A stretch of DNA of 64,000 bases from a virus. The stretch spans positions 28,056 to 92,055 of IMG/VR virus record IMGVR_UViG_3300036766_002289; one strand, given 5' to 3'. The notes below the pieces were generated by a model. That model did no database searches and had not been told where the DNA came from. It saw only the letters and a list, made by a program, of their open reading frames with translations. Made by a program: the position numbers and the translations under genes. This document shows positions 25,042-35,427 of the stretch, piece after piece; the stretch's first letter is position 1; every line of letters begins with the position of its first letter.

Positions 25042-25455
25042 ATGTTCAATGAATGGCTCTGTCTAAAAGAAGCAGCAAATCGTGGACTTTACCAGCAGTT
25101 GTTAGCAATGCGTCCACTAATGGCTCAAGCTGCTCAGAAGATTTATAATGAATGGAATCAGGAAGATGAATGCGACGTAGGTGGTATTTGTGACGAAATT
25201 GAACGAGCGGTTGCCACTGTAATCTCTATGCGAGTCAGGAATGCCAATACCACAGAAGGTGGCCAAGATGGTGACGATCATGCTTGGACAATTGTTTATA
25301 ATCGCAGTGAATCATATGGGGTAGACATACCGCCGCATGTATATGAAACTGGTGGTGGTTATTGCTGGAAAAAGGTTCCAGGTGTAGTTATTCAGGCTAA
25401 TGATGTTGTGGTATGGGATTTAGGAATTCATCCAAGCGAGTTTCAGGAACGGTAG
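25042..25455 (+). CDS. hypothetical protein
   Basis: ORF 137 aa. Confidence 0.45.
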   Translation: MFNEWLCLKEAANRGLYQQLLAMRPLMAQAAQKIYNEWNQEDECDVGGICDEIERAVATVISMRVRNANTTEGGQDGDDHAWTIVYNRSESYGVDIPPHVYETGGGYCWKKVPGVVIQANDVVVWDLGIHPSEFQER

Positions 25456-25489
25456 CTTTACAACGTCTTGGTTTCGTGCTATACTAATC

Positions 25490-26596
25490 ATGGAGGAACC
25501 AATGAAACTACCTACGCTTTATTCACGTCGTTCTGATGGCAAAGTCCAAATCTGGGAAAAAGAAATTGTAGACAATAAATACCGTACACATTCAGGCATT
25601 AAAGACGGTGAAATCGTCACTGCTGAGTGGACAGTGTGTGTAGAAAAGAACTTAGGCAAGACAAATTACATTGACGCCAAACATCAGGCAGTCACGGAAG
25701 CCAAGGCCGAATGGCAGAAGAAAAAAGATAAAGGTTATAAGGAAGATATCAAGGATATTGATAATTCCACTTTTTTTGAGCCGATGCTTGCCAAGGTTTG
25801 GCAGGATTATAAGGATGAGGCAATTTATCCTGCCTATGTCCAGCCTAAGTTAGACGGAATGCGTCTTATTGCAAATAAAGAAGGTCTGTGGACAAGGAAC
25901 GGCAAAGAGTATAAGTCTATTCCGCACATCTATGAAGCTCTGAAGCCTTTATTTAAATTCAACCCTAAATACATTTTTGACGGGGAGGTTTACGCGGATA
26001 AATTCGCGCACGATTTCAACAAAATCTGTTCGCTGGCTAAAAAGACTAAACCAACGGATGAAGACATTGCAGAGTCTGAGAAAAGTATTGAATATCATGT
26101 TTACGATTTCCCGTATTGGGATGATGTATTCAGTGCCCGTCATGCTGAGTTGCTTAAAGTCGCTAAGCATTTCAAGAACAAGAAATTAAAGATTGTTGAG
26201 ACGCATGAAGTTGCGTCTAGTAAAGAAATTGATACTCACTATGAGAAGTTTGTTCAGGACGGTTATGAGGGTTTAATGGTTCGCATGGATGCAAAGTATG
26301 AGAATAAGCGAACTAAGGTTCTGCTTAAGTATAAGGAATTTAAGGATGATGAGTATGAAATTTTGGATGTAGTGGAAGGTGTAGGCAATAAGAGTGGTGG
26401 TGCAGGGGCACTTGTTTGTAAGAACAAGGACAACAGCACGTTCCATTCTAACATTAAGGGCAATCGTGAGTTCTGTAAGGCCATGTTAATCAATAAGAAT
26501 GATTACATTGGCAAGATGGCGACTATTCAATTCTTTAATTTGACGGTGGATGGTGTGCCTCGATTCCCTTATTTCTTGAGGGTTCGTGATGAATAG
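25490..26596 (+). CDS. ATP-dependent DNA ligase (T7/PBCV-1-like minimal ligase)
   Basis: Adenylation motif I PKLDGMR (KxDG); motifs FDGEVY, EGLMV, LLKYK; ggagg RBS. Confidence 0.8.
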   Translation: MEEPMKLPTLYSRRSDGKVQIWEKEIVDNKYRTHSGIKDGEIVTAEWTVCVEKNLGKTNYIDAKHQAVTEAKAEWQKKKDKGYKEDIKDIDNSTFFEPMLAKVWQDYKDEAIYPAYVQPKLDGMRLIANKEGLWTRNGKEYKSIPHIYEALKPLFKFNPKYIFDGEVYADKFAHDFNKICSLAKKTKPTDEDIAESEKSIEYHVYDFPYWDDVFSARHAELLKVAKHFKNKKLKIVETHEVASSKEIDTHYEKFVQDGYEGLMVRMDAKYENKRTKVLLKYKEFKDDEYEILDVVEGVGNKSGGAGALVCKNKDNSTFHSNIKGNREFCKAMLINKNDYIGKMATIQFFNLTVDGVPRFPYFLRVRDE

Positions 26597-26721
26597 TTTT
26601 GATGTAGAAGTTATAATTCATTCTAGGAAAAAGTCATGGACATGGACATAGATAAATTTCAAACCAGAGCGGAATTTATTGATTCTGAAGATGGGGATTT
26701 TGAGGTAATGCACGCTAAGGA

Positions 26722-27090
26722 ATGTTCAAAATGAACGAGTTTGATTACGTGGAAAGTCTTGAATTTTCCGCTAGGATTAATGTATGCAGCGGTTTTAAAT
26801 GTGTGGTGAATAGTTTTCGGGATGATGAGATTATTCAGAAGTTAATTGCTGGGATGAGTGATTGGCGTAATCAGTTATCAGTTTTTGAGCGAGTGCAGTT
26901 AGTGTTGTTGAAAGATTCTGGAGGCGATGAATACGAACATCAGCATGACACAGCTATGGCGGCATATCTCTATGTACTTGGCCAGTGTAACATGGCTTTA
27001 GCTACATTGTGTTGTAATTTGGTGTTGGATATTGACCGTATATTTTGGGCACGCAAAATGGCGTGGGAATTAAAGTATGGACTGGCTTAA
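26722..27090 (+). CDS. hypothetical protein
   Basis: ORF 122 aa. Confidence 0.4.
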   Translation: MFKMNEFDYVESLEFSARINVCSGFKCVVNSFRDDEIIQKLIAGMSDWRNQLSVFERVQLVLLKDSGGDEYEHQHDTAMAAYLYVLGQCNMALATLCCNLVLDIDRIFWARKMAWELKYGLA

Positions 27091-27736
27091 ATTTGAAATC
27101 TTTGTCCGAGTCCTAATTTTTTATAGTATATTCAGCTTTTATGCCGAAGTTGATTTTGCTCAAGAAAACACAAGTAGCGGTTTTTGGTTATGGAGTGAGC
27201 GAATAGTCGCAATTCTATTTACTATTGAATATTTCTTAAGATGGAGTTGGTCAAAACATGGTTGGAAGTGGCCATTCACTTTTTATGCTGTTGTAGATTT
27301 ACTTGCAATTCTTCCTTTCTATGTTGGCCTTTTTGTTCAGCCACATCATCTTGGCGTTATTAGGTCTTTTCGTGTATTAAGGCTTTTAAAGCTTACACGT
27401 TACAGCATTGCCTTGGATAGGTTCTTGGAGAGTTTTAGAAGAATCAAGGACGAGTTGGCGATTATTGTAGTTTTCTTAATGATTGTTGTGTTTTTGGGGG
27501 CTACTTTATTATACGAATTTGAGCATCCTGCTCAACCTGATAAGATAACTTGTTTATCTGATGCTACTTGGCTTTGTTTTATTACCATCTCGACTATTGG
27601 CTACGGGGACATATTCCCAATAACATGGCCAGGAAGAATTGTTGTAATGGTCGTTTGTGTATTAGGGTTAGGTGTTTTTGGGTCATTTGTAAGTTTGCTG
27701 GGGAGTTCCCTAACTAACAAAGACTTGACAAAGTGA
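27077..27736 (+). CDS. voltage-gated potassium-channel-like protein (compact 6-TM Kv)
   Basis: K+ selectivity filter TISTIGYGD; S4-like IRSFRVLRLLKLTRYS with Arg at every third position; hydrophobic segments consistent with S1-S6. Confidence 0.7.
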   Translation: MDWLKFEIFVRVLIFYSIFSFYAEVDFAQENTSSGFWLWSERIVAILFTIEYFLRWSWSKHGWKWPFTFYAVVDLLAILPFYVGLFVQPHHLGVIRSFRVLRLLKLTRYSIALDRFLESFRRIKDELAIIVVFLMIVVFLGATLLYEFEHPAQPDKITCLSDATWLCFITISTIGYGDIFPITWPGRIVVMVVCVLGLGVFGSFVSLLGSSLTNKDLTK

Positions 27737-28034
27737 TTTTTTGTACTATGTTAATAGTAAAGGAGAATAACATGCTCTAGGTAGAAAACTGTGATTGTGT
27801 ATTTCATTTTAACAAAGCTAGTTTGGCTGACCCAACTCTTCCTGCTTGGGTTTTGAAGATAAAAGGTGAATCATATTACGTGACACATGTTACGTCTAAT
27901 GCTCCTTGGTCTACCAAGGAAACTCCTGATAATTCACATACAAAGGGAAGTTTGAAATTTAAGCGGGTGAATGTTGTAATTAATGATGATAAATCTGCTG
28001 ATATCAACCCTATATAAGTAAAAGGGGTGATATT

Positions 28035-28319
28035 ATGCAATTAGTAAGATTTAAGAATGCGGAAGGCTGTGCAACATGCACTCAAACAGTAAATTTTGCA
28101 ACTTTGCGAGCAATCGGCATGTTGAAAGCGAATGATGCCGATGACAATAGTTACTTTGTTAGAATTTCATTTGCTAACGGTGACACATATCTAGCCAGAG
28201 ATAATATGAGTCTTTCACAAGCAACTGATTACAGGAATTTGCTAGAAAGTTATTGGTTTGGTGTTGACACCAACAGTTCTTTTGGACTCGGGCTTGATAA
28301 GTGTGCGATTGATGCTTAA
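28035..28319 (+). CDS. hypothetical protein
   Basis: ORF 94 aa. Confidence 0.4.
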   Translation: MQLVRFKNAEGCATCTQTVNFATLRAIGMLKANDADDNSYFVRISFANGDTYLARDNMSLSQATDYRNLLESYWFGVDTNSSFGLGLDKCAIDA

Positions 28320-28342
28320 TACTATGTGGTAAAAGATGAGAA

Positions 28343-28364
28343 GGCTGGAGATTCCAGCCTTTTT
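28343..28364 (+). terminator. rho-independent terminator
   Basis: ggctgga-gat-tccagcc followed by ttttt. Confidence 0.55.
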
Positions 28365-28381
28365 CCATTTAGGAGGCTAAA

Positions 28382-28672
28382 ATGCCTAATCAAGTGAAGT
28401 TTCGTGGCGGTCCTAATCTTACTTGGTATATTGTAACTGCTGTTTTGTTTGCCATTGATATCTATTATGGCATAGCATGGCTCGCTTCTAATCTAGCTAC
28501 TGCTGCTATTGTCTATTCTTATCTAAGATATAAGCATATTCCTATTATCAAAAGTCTACTTGATACTGACTGGTACAAGCTGACTATGGGGCAGGTAGTA
28601 TTTCGAAAATTCCCAAAAGCAATAGCAAAATATCATTTTATTAATCGCATGGTTAGAAGACGGCTACATTAA
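28382..28672 (+). CDS. small membrane protein
   Basis: aggagg RBS; two TM segments. Confidence 0.4.
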   Translation: MPNQVKFRGGPNLTWYIVTAVLFAIDIYYGIAWLASNLATAAIVYSYLRYKHIPIIKSLLDTDWYKLTMGQVVFRKFPKAIAKYHFINRMVRRRLH

Positions 28673-28730
28673 ACTTCGTGATATTACAAGAAACAAGGAT
28701 ATCGAGTTTAATTGCTACGGCAGCAAATTG

Positions 28731-29252
28731 ATGGGGTTTGATGGCAGGATTTATACCCAGAGCGGCATGAATATCATCGAAGTGATTTTTACAGAAATAA
28801 AAGATAAGATTATTGCCACCCCGCATATCGTTGCCAATGTTCTGGAACAGGCAACAAGATTTTACGATGGTGCAGTCGTCCAGAATTTGTTTGATGCTTA
28901 TTATGTATCCATTTTTCCTGTAAGCAAGGCTTGTCAGCAGATTGCACTGAGAGAATTGGATGGTCTTCGTGTTATCGACGCAAAATTCGAAGGTAAAATT
29001 CTGATGGTAGTTGCAGTCGATAAAAAGGGACACTACAATAGGTTTACTTTTGCCTTCAAGGACGATTGGAAGTCTTATGATATTGCCAAAAAGGAAAACA
29101 TCACTTACACTGGTTTGAATTTCACGGTGCTGGATAACGGCGTGTGTGTTCACATTGATGAAGATGAAAATATTGAAATTTTTCAAATAGGCAAGCTTGG
29201 TAGTGCAAAAGTTGTGACCGATGATGTAATTAATCACGATATGCTCTTGTAA
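28731..29252 (+). CDS. hypothetical protein
   Basis: ORF about 173 aa on the + strand, preferred over the antisense ORF 28653-29279. Confidence 0.45.
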   Translation: MGFDGRIYTQSGMNIIEVIFTEIKDKIIATPHIVANVLEQATRFYDGAVVQNLFDAYYVSIFPVSKACQQIALRELDGLRVIDAKFEGKILMVVAVDKKGHYNRFTFAFKDDWKSYDIAKKENITYTGLNFTVLDNGVCVHIDEDENIEIFQIGKLGSAKVVTDDVINHDMLL

Positions 29253-29315
29253 CAAGGGCGCAACGGTTATGTTTACCAAAGAGGATTCAATTTACTCTGT
29301 AACCATGAGGAAACC

Positions 29316-30107
29316 ATGAGCGAAGAAAACGAACAAGTTGATGAAAAGTGGGAATTGATCCAGAATTTGGAGTTGTCCACAGTTAAAGAACGTCTTCTTA
29401 ATAAGAAGAATTTCATATGGAAGTGGACACATGACTTGGATAAGGTAGAAGCTGAATACAGACAATTTCTGTACTTGGCTGCTACGCATCCTGACGATGT
29501 AATTGTGCCTTGGTCTGATGCCTTAGATGAATTCTGGCATATGCATATTCTGGACACTCGCAAGTATGAACAGGATTGCATGGCGATATTTGGCAAGATG
29601 TTTCATCATGACCCACATACGCCAATTGGTAGTGAAAAACAAGTAAGTAATTTTACTAATACTAAGAAGATTTACAGGGCAACCTTTAGGGATAGGGTTA
29701 CGTCTACTGCTTACGTAGGTTGTGGGGGCGTGTTCGAACCTGTATTTTGTTCTAGTTGCGCTGGGGTTGTGATAGATATTCAACCAGACGTTACACATAC
29801 TCAACCTGAAGATTCTAGCGTCGATAGTGTTGGTGGCGGGATTGTTGCAGGCGTAAGCGAAGCTGCAAATGGTGTTTCTATCGCGGTTTCAGATTCTGTA
29901 AGCAGTCCAGATAGCTCAGACAGTGGGTCCAGTCCAAGTAGTTGTGGTGGAAGTAGCAGTCCAGATAGCGGTAGCTCAGATAGTGGGTCCAGTTCTAGCT
30001 CAGATAGCGGTAGCTCAGATAGTGGTAGCTCTGGTAGTAGCTGTAGTGGCGGTGGCAGTTCTTGTGGTGGAGGAAGTAGTTGCGGCGGTGGTGGAGGCGG
30101 GGATTAA
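29316..30107 (+). CDS. hypothetical protein with C-terminal Ser/Asp/Gly-rich low-complexity tail
   Basis: ORF 263 aa; DSGSS repeats at the C-terminus. Confidence 0.5.
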   Translation: MSEENEQVDEKWELIQNLELSTVKERLLNKKNFIWKWTHDLDKVEAEYRQFLYLAATHPDDVIVPWSDALDEFWHMHILDTRKYEQDCMAIFGKMFHHDPHTPIGSEKQVSNFTNTKKIYRATFRDRVTSTAYVGCGGVFEPVFCSSCAGVVIDIQPDVTHTQPEDSSVDSVGGGIVAGVSEAANGVSIAVSDSVSSPDSSDSGSSPSSCGGSSSPDSGSSDSGSSSSSDSGSSDSGSSGSSCSGGGSSCGGGSSCGGGGGGD

Positions 30108-30501
30108 ATTTTGCTATAATTTACTAGATTAGATTGCCTACCGTAGTAAAATGTCCCAACCGTGGCGGCTTCGGACCTTCGCTAGCAGGGGTGAAAGACA
30201 GCACTGAACCGAGAAAAGCTAACCACATTTTTATATATAGATTATGACGAAAGATGAATGCAAAAAGCTGATTGCGGAAAAAATCACCCAAGTAGGTGGT
30301 GCTAGGGCTGATGAATTAGTGGCGTGGCATGGTTTTTACAAAACAGAGGGATTTTCTGAAGTATTCCATCCAGAGTTTTTACAGCAAATGGTTACGGAAG
30401 GAATGATTACAGAAATAAAGTATACTATACCAGAAGATAAGAATAGTTTCAGTTTTTTGGTGCCAAAGGGCACAAAGGTCAGTATAATAGGGTAGAGAAT
30501 T

Positions 30502-30576
30502 CGGGCTATAGCGTAACTTGGCTATCGCGTCTGGTTTGGGGCCAGAAGACTTTCGGTTCAAATCCGAATAGCCCGA
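30502..30576 (+). tRNA. tRNA-Pro(TGG), third diverged copy
   Basis: Acceptor CGGGCTA/TAGCCCG, anticodon arm TCTGG-TTTGGGG-CCAGA, T-arm TTCGG-TTCAAAT-CCGAA. Confidence 0.5.
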
Positions 30577-30579
30577 TTT

Positions 30580-31023
30580 ATGAATTTTACAGAAATTGAA
30601 GAAGTAGTAAATAACTGGCGAATATTCGATCTCGACCAACTATTTGAAGACAGAATTCCAATATCACTATGTCTTCAAGCACAGGTTAAGTATAATGAAA
30701 GCAATAATTTTGAGCCTCAATTTATGAGGTTGAGCATTCCTTTGGTAATTCGTGCATTTGCAGAATCTAAAGCTTTCAAAAGAAACCACTTTATTAACTA
30801 CGACGAACATGACAAACCGCAACTTGCGATATTGAAGGTTAAGCACAAAGCATTTATTCCTAATAACTTGGATGAGGAAGCTGAATATGCGGCTAAGCTT
30901 GCTGTACAGATTCTAAAAGAAATAGATGCTTTGTTTGAAGATGTAATGAATGAAGATATAGTTTTTCATGGACTTGGCTGCTTGAAAGATGGAGCGATCA
31001 CCATTTTATTTAGTCGAGGTTGA
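30580..31023 (+). CDS. hypothetical protein
   Basis: ORF 147 aa starting 4 nt after the tRNA. Confidence 0.45.
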   Translation: MNFTEIEEVVNNWRIFDLDQLFEDRIPISLCLQAQVKYNESNNFEPQFMRLSIPLVIRAFAESKAFKRNHFINYDEHDKPQLAILKVKHKAFIPNNLDEEAEYAAKLAVQILKEIDALFEDVMNEDIVFHGLGCLKDGAITILFSRG

Positions 31024-31387
31024 TATGCTAATCCCTGGCACTACTTTCAGCGATTATGATCCCTTAGATGATTATAAAAAAAAGATTAGTCCACAACTTT
31101 ATGAGTTTATGGCTAGAGTATCTTATATTACTAAAGCCGATCTAAACAAAAATCACTCAGAAGATTTACTTTTTGCTAATACCGTTGAAGAACTTGGTGA
31201 ATATGCTGCTGCCAAGACCGTAGAAAAGGGTATCAAGAAGAAGATGCTCAAAGAAAGTTCCAAGATTGAATCAGTTGATTTGACCATTTGTGCCCTGTCA
31301 CTTTTCTTTGCAAATGGTGGCACATTGCAGGATTTGTGTAGCATCGGTCAAGAAAAACTGAATAAATGGGAAGATAGAGTAAAATGA
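30989..31387 (+). CDS. hypothetical protein
   Basis: ORF 132 aa. Confidence 0.45.
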   Translation: MERSPFYLVEVDMLIPGTTFSDYDPLDDYKKKISPQLYEFMARVSYITKADLNKNHSEDLLFANTVEELGEYAAAKTVEKGIKKKMLKESSKIESVDLTICALSLFFANGGTLQDLCSIGQEKLNKWEDRVK

Positions 31388-31599
31388 GTTGGAACTATAG
31401 AATAATGAAGCATGTGGACGATGGCGAAACATGGTATGGAATACACGAAGTCATCTATGACGAAGGAAAACTTAGTTATACAGAGACTGCATTTGCAATT
31501 GGGGATAGCCCCGAAGAATTGAAGTCTGTGTGCGAGATGATGTGTGAAGCTTTCAAAAAACCTATTTTGGAGTATGAAAATGAGCGAGAATCTACTTAA
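31384..31599 (+). CDS. hypothetical protein
   Basis: ORF 71 aa. Confidence 0.35.
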   Translation: MSWNYRIMKHVDDGETWYGIHEVIYDEGKLSYTETAFAIGDSPEELKSVCEMMCEAFKKPILEYENEREST

Positions 31600-32464
31600 A
31601 GCTTGTGGTCTGATCCTTGGTGTTGGTTTAGTTTGTGGCGTACTTTCGTTCTTTGTCTGGTTTCTCAATAGCTCCAATCCAGACGTGCCTGCTGGATATG
31701 TTGGCTATCAGACTCAAGGAGCAGTTTTTGGTCAAGGCAAGTTTTATGGAACATTAAAAGGCCCAGCTTCCCCAGGTCGAACATGGATGGTTAAGAGTTT
31801 CCCTGTTAGTATTACTCCTTACACTTACGCAGAAGAATTCTCTGGAGAGAGTGAAGTTCTTTCCAAGGACAATCTGAAGATTAATTACAGAATTCATATA
31901 GTATGGCGTATCAAGGAAGATAGTGTTAAGGATGCTGTGGAAAAATTCTCTACTATTGATACAACTGGTAAGATACAAGACCCAGAAAAAGTCGTAAAAG
32001 ACATTTATGGCAATTACCTTAAAGAACCACTTAGAACTTTTAGTCGAGATGAAGTGCAAAAGTTGAATTGGGTCGAAATCAAAGAAAAACAGGTCATTAT
32101 AGGGGATAACATCAAGAATAATATGCTTAAGTTAACAAAGGACACACCATTCGATATCATTAGTGTGGTTGTCGGCAATATCCAATATCCTAAAGTAGTA
32201 TCTGATGCAGTAGCAGATAATCTTGCTACAACACAGCATTTAGAGAAGGAAAGAAAAGATGCCGAACGAAGGGTTGTGCAGGCGGAAGGTATTGCTAAGT
32301 CTATGGAAATTATCAACCAAAGACTGACTTCACAATACTTGCAGCACGAGGCTATTGAAGCACAGAAGTCTATGGTTAATAGTCCTAATCATACGGTTAT
32401 CTACATTCCTGTAGGTAATATGGGTATTCCTTTGGTGGGGACTATTGATGCGGGTAAAAAATGA
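31578..32464 (+). CDS. SPFH/band-7 (HflK/C-like) domain membrane protein
   Basis: N-terminal TM segment; SPFH-like core ending ..QYLQHEAIEAQ..HTVIYIP. Confidence 0.55.
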
Positions 32465-32621
32465 GTGAAGTAGAGATTTTACAAAAGGAAAATGAGCAAC
32501 TAAGAGCTACTATTAAGGAATTAAGAGAGCAATTAGAAGCTTATAAAAGACAAACAAGGCGGCAATATTATGCCGACCAAGACTACGTGTCTTACCATGA
32601 TGAAGATAGGCGTGACTAATT

Positions 32622-33164
32622 ATGGCTGAAACAAGTAAGGCAGAACAACGTAGGGGCAGAGAAGGTTGGTTTGCACAGTATGCTCCGTTCGACAAGTCTG
32701 GGATTGATCTAGGTTGCGGTGATGATTGCTTAAATCAATCTTTTCGTAGGTTTGACTGTGTTTTTGGCGATGGCGATGCTCAGTTTATGCATGGAACTTA
32801 TGACGACCAATTTCATACTGTATATGCCAGCCACCTTCTAGAACACCTTAATAACCCAATAGAAGCCATATATAACTGGTATAGAATTTGCCGAAGTCCT
32901 GGCCACGTAATCATTTGTGTCCCACACAGGGATTTGTATGAGAAAAAGCTAGAATTGCCTAGCAGGTGGAATGCAGAGCATAAGACCTTTTGGTTGCCAG
33001 AAAATGGGGAATCGCCTGTAACAATGGGGTTAAAGGAAGTGATCTTGCAGGCTATTCCACATGCTGATATAGTGTCATTAAGGATTTTGAATGAAGGTTG
33101 GGCGTCTAATGGTGATGCTCATTCTAGTGGCGAATATAGTATAGAGGCTATAATAAGAAAGTGA
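32622..33164 (+). CDS. SAM-dependent methyltransferase-like protein
   Basis: DLGCGDD motif-I-like segment; VFGDGD...HTVYASHLLEHL resembles class I MTase post-I/II motifs. Confidence 0.5.
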   Translation: MAETSKAEQRRGREGWFAQYAPFDKSGIDLGCGDDCLNQSFRRFDCVFGDGDAQFMHGTYDDQFHTVYASHLLEHLNNPIEAIYNWYRICRSPGHVIICVPHRDLYEKKLELPSRWNAEHKTFWLPENGESPVTMGLKEVILQAIPHADIVSLRILNEGWASNGDAHSSGEYSIEAIIRK

Positions 33165-33185
33165 CTAACTATAATAGATAATATT

Positions 33186-33258
33186 GGCCCGTGAGTGTGA
33201 CGGATTAACACGAAAGTCTTCGAAACTTTTATAATAGGTTCAATTCCTATACGGGCTA
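33186..33258 (+). tRNA. tRNA-Arg(TCG)
   Basis: Acceptor GGCCCGT/ACGGGCT, D-stem GTGT/ACAC, anticodon arm AAAGT-CTTCGAA-ACTTT, T-arm ATAGG-TTCAATT-CCTAT. Confidence 0.55.
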
Positions 33259-33260
33259 CT

Positions 33261-33494
33261 ATGACGTTAGTGATAAGTTACTCTATTAATTACGAGAACG
33301 GTGAAGGTGATTTACTAGAAGCGATAGCAGATATAAATTTTCCCAATGCCGTAGAGTCACCAGACTTTCCAGAAAGTGCGTGTGATGAGACAGCAAGAAG
33401 ATATTTAGTCAATCGTATTTTAACTGAAGGTGGCAGGGTCATTAAGATAAATAAAGCTGGATATAGATGGAAAGAATATGAGGATGGAGACTAA
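33261..33494 (+). CDS. hypothetical protein
   Basis: ORF 77 aa starting 3 nt after the tRNA. Confidence 0.35.
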   Translation: MTLVISYSINYENGEGDLLEAIADINFPNAVESPDFPESACDETARRYLVNRILTEGGRVIKINKAGYRWKEYEDGD

Positions 33495-33802
33495 TGGATA
33501 TTCCAGACGAGTGGATGTGGTGTCACGACGTATTATATGGTTTTGGCTACCGTAAAGGTGATTCGGATAAGGTTATAAGGTTAGAAGATGCTGCTCAATT
33601 TCTTGGATGGACTGTTGAACATAGAAGTTTTCGTGATGCTCTAAGCATAGAACGGCAGCTTGAGCTTGACGAAATCTATGACAAATTGCAACCTTTTCTC
33701 GCAGAAAGATTAGAGAAACGACGTAAATATGTTGAAGAACATCCATCCAAATATGATAGGATAACTGTGGCTCAAGTAAGCAGAGAGTATCCTAAATTAT
33801 GA
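33494..33802 (+). CDS. hypothetical protein
   Basis: ORF 102 aa. Confidence 0.4.
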   Translation: MDIPDEWMWCHDVLYGFGYRKGDSDKVIRLEDAAQFLGWTVEHRSFRDALSIERQLELDEIYDKLQPFLAERLEKRRKYVEEHPSKYDRITVAQVSREYPKL

Positions 33803-33982
33803 AGAAGTTTAAATCTATTAACAAATGGATTTTTGAGAATTGTGCGTGTGACTGCTGGATTTGCCAGAAGACTAATAATCTATTGCTTAAAATAGCAGTT
33901 TATGCGGTTTGGTTTACTTTAGTACTTTGTATATTGTGTAGTTTGTTTGTTTTGATTGTGAAAGTTGGGGAATTAATATAAC

Positions 33983-34051
33983 GGGGGCAGTCTATGGGTA
34001 GCCGTTGGCCTTTGCAAGGCTGACTATGGGGATCGTAACCCCATGCCTCCA
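33983..34051 (+). tRNA. atypical tRNA-like gene, exact copy 2 of 9643-9711
   Basis: 72 nt (33982-34053) identical to 9642-9713. Confidence 0.4.
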
Positions 34052-34055
34052 CTAT

Positions 34056-34403
34056 ATGCAGAAATATAAAGAAGACAGTCCTTTTGTAAAAGGGTGTAAG
34101 CCAGACGGATTTGCCACAAGCTGGGAGCCTAAGAAGTTCAAATACAAATGGCTAGAATTATGGCAAAAAAGTACTGATGGCTTTGTGGGGCTGGCAAAAA
34201 TCAGTAAGAAAATGCCTTTGTATTGGAGAAGTCCAAAAAATTTGATTTATGGAGTCATAGTATTGCAGGCTGGTTTTCATAACGACCAAGAGTGGGTCAG
34301 AGTATTAAGGAAAACTGCTGATAGCGTCATAATTCCAAATCCTGAATATAATAAGAATGGCAACCCAACAAGAATAATCATCGACCTTAATCCAAAAAAC
34401 TAA
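34056..34403 (+). CDS. hypothetical protein
   Basis: ATG 34056 just after the tRNA-like copy; the listed ORF start at 34005 lies inside the tRNA. Confidence 0.4.
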   Translation: MQKYKEDSPFVKGCKPDGFATSWEPKKFKYKWLELWQKSTDGFVGLAKISKKMPLYWRSPKNLIYGVIVLQAGFHNDQEWVRVLRKTADSVIIPNPEYNKNGNPTRIIIDLNPKN

Positions 34404-34417
34404 TAAAAAGGTTTAAA

Positions 34418-34627
34418 ATGTTTTCACACAATCCAAAATGGTTTAGTGACAAGATGCGTGAGACTAAGGATTTACCCCATATTGAGGTGACAAAGAAAGA
34501 ATTCATCAAATTGTTTGTTAAGAATGGTGGCGAAAAGAAGGACGCAAGCTTCCAAGCTAATATATGCGAAGGATTAGGCAGTAGTGTTCAAATAGGCAAT
34601 CAGATGGTAAGTATTAAGGGGGCTTAA
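34418..34627 (+). CDS. hypothetical protein
   Basis: ORF 69 aa. Confidence 0.35.
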   Translation: MFSHNPKWFSDKMRETKDLPHIEVTKKEFIKLFVKNGGEKKDASFQANICEGLGSSVQIGNQMVSIKGA

Positions 34628-34682
34628 CTCATCGGCTAAATTTTTTAATTAAGCTTTTGAGTCATCCATACTATATTATTGT

Positions 34683-35165
34683 ATGGATATAATTCAACTG
34701 GAAAACCTTGTAAATCAAGGATTAAGTCAATATAAAATTGCAGATATTTTTGGTTGCTCGCAAAGTAAGATAAAATATTGGTGCATTAAACTTGGTATAA
34801 AGGCAAAACAAAAAATTAGGAAATGTGCTTTGTGCGGGGAAACGGATGCCATTAAAATTTATAGGCATAAAGATGGTAGGTTTAGGTATCGTTGCAAGAA
34901 GTGTGATAATAAAAAAACTATTGAGCGGTTTAGGGATTACAAAAAGAAGGCCGTAGAATATAAAGGTAGTAAGTGTTTGATTTGCGGTTATTCTAAGTGT
35001 TTAGCGTCTTTAGAATTTCATCATAGGAGTCCAGATGAAAAAGACCCGCGTTGGACTAAAATGCGAAATTGGCCCCTTTATAAAATAAAAACTGAATTGG
35101 ATAAATGTGATTTAGTCTGTAGTAATTGTCATAGGGAGATTCATTATGGAAGAGGTGAAATATGA
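34683..35165 (+). CDS. HNH endonuclease with N-terminal HTH
   Basis: CALCG..CKKCDNK Zn ribbon plus LEFHH...CSNCHREIH. Confidence 0.7.
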   Translation: MDIIQLENLVNQGLSQYKIADIFGCSQSKIKYWCIKLGIKAKQKIRKCALCGETDAIKIYRHKDGRFRYRCKKCDNKKTIERFRDYKKKAVEYKGSKCLICGYSKCLASLEFHHRSPDEKDPRWTKMRNWPLYKIKTELDKCDLVCSNCHREIHYGRGEI

Positions 35166-35427
35166 ATTTTTTTGAAGTTTGTTTTAACAGCATGTCTGGC
35201 TTAAGAATCTTGATTGTAAAGAGCGTTATGCCTTGTCTCAGTTAATGATTTGTAGGACAATTACTGGAGAACAAGTTCGTGAAAAACATCCCGAAGTAGA
35301 TTTTACTAGAATACACAATGTAACTCCTTTTTTAAGTCTTATCCCACCACCAGTGGATTTATGGTCGTTTAATGAAGATTGGTATGATGTTTTGGTCAAG
35401 GTTATGCTTTTAGAAGGTATTCGTTAA

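Noticed and set aside
28653-29279. Minus-strand ORF 208 aa, antisense to 28731-29252
   Set aside because: Low-complexity, implausible composition; the + strand ORF fits the local gene orientation and reads like a real protein.
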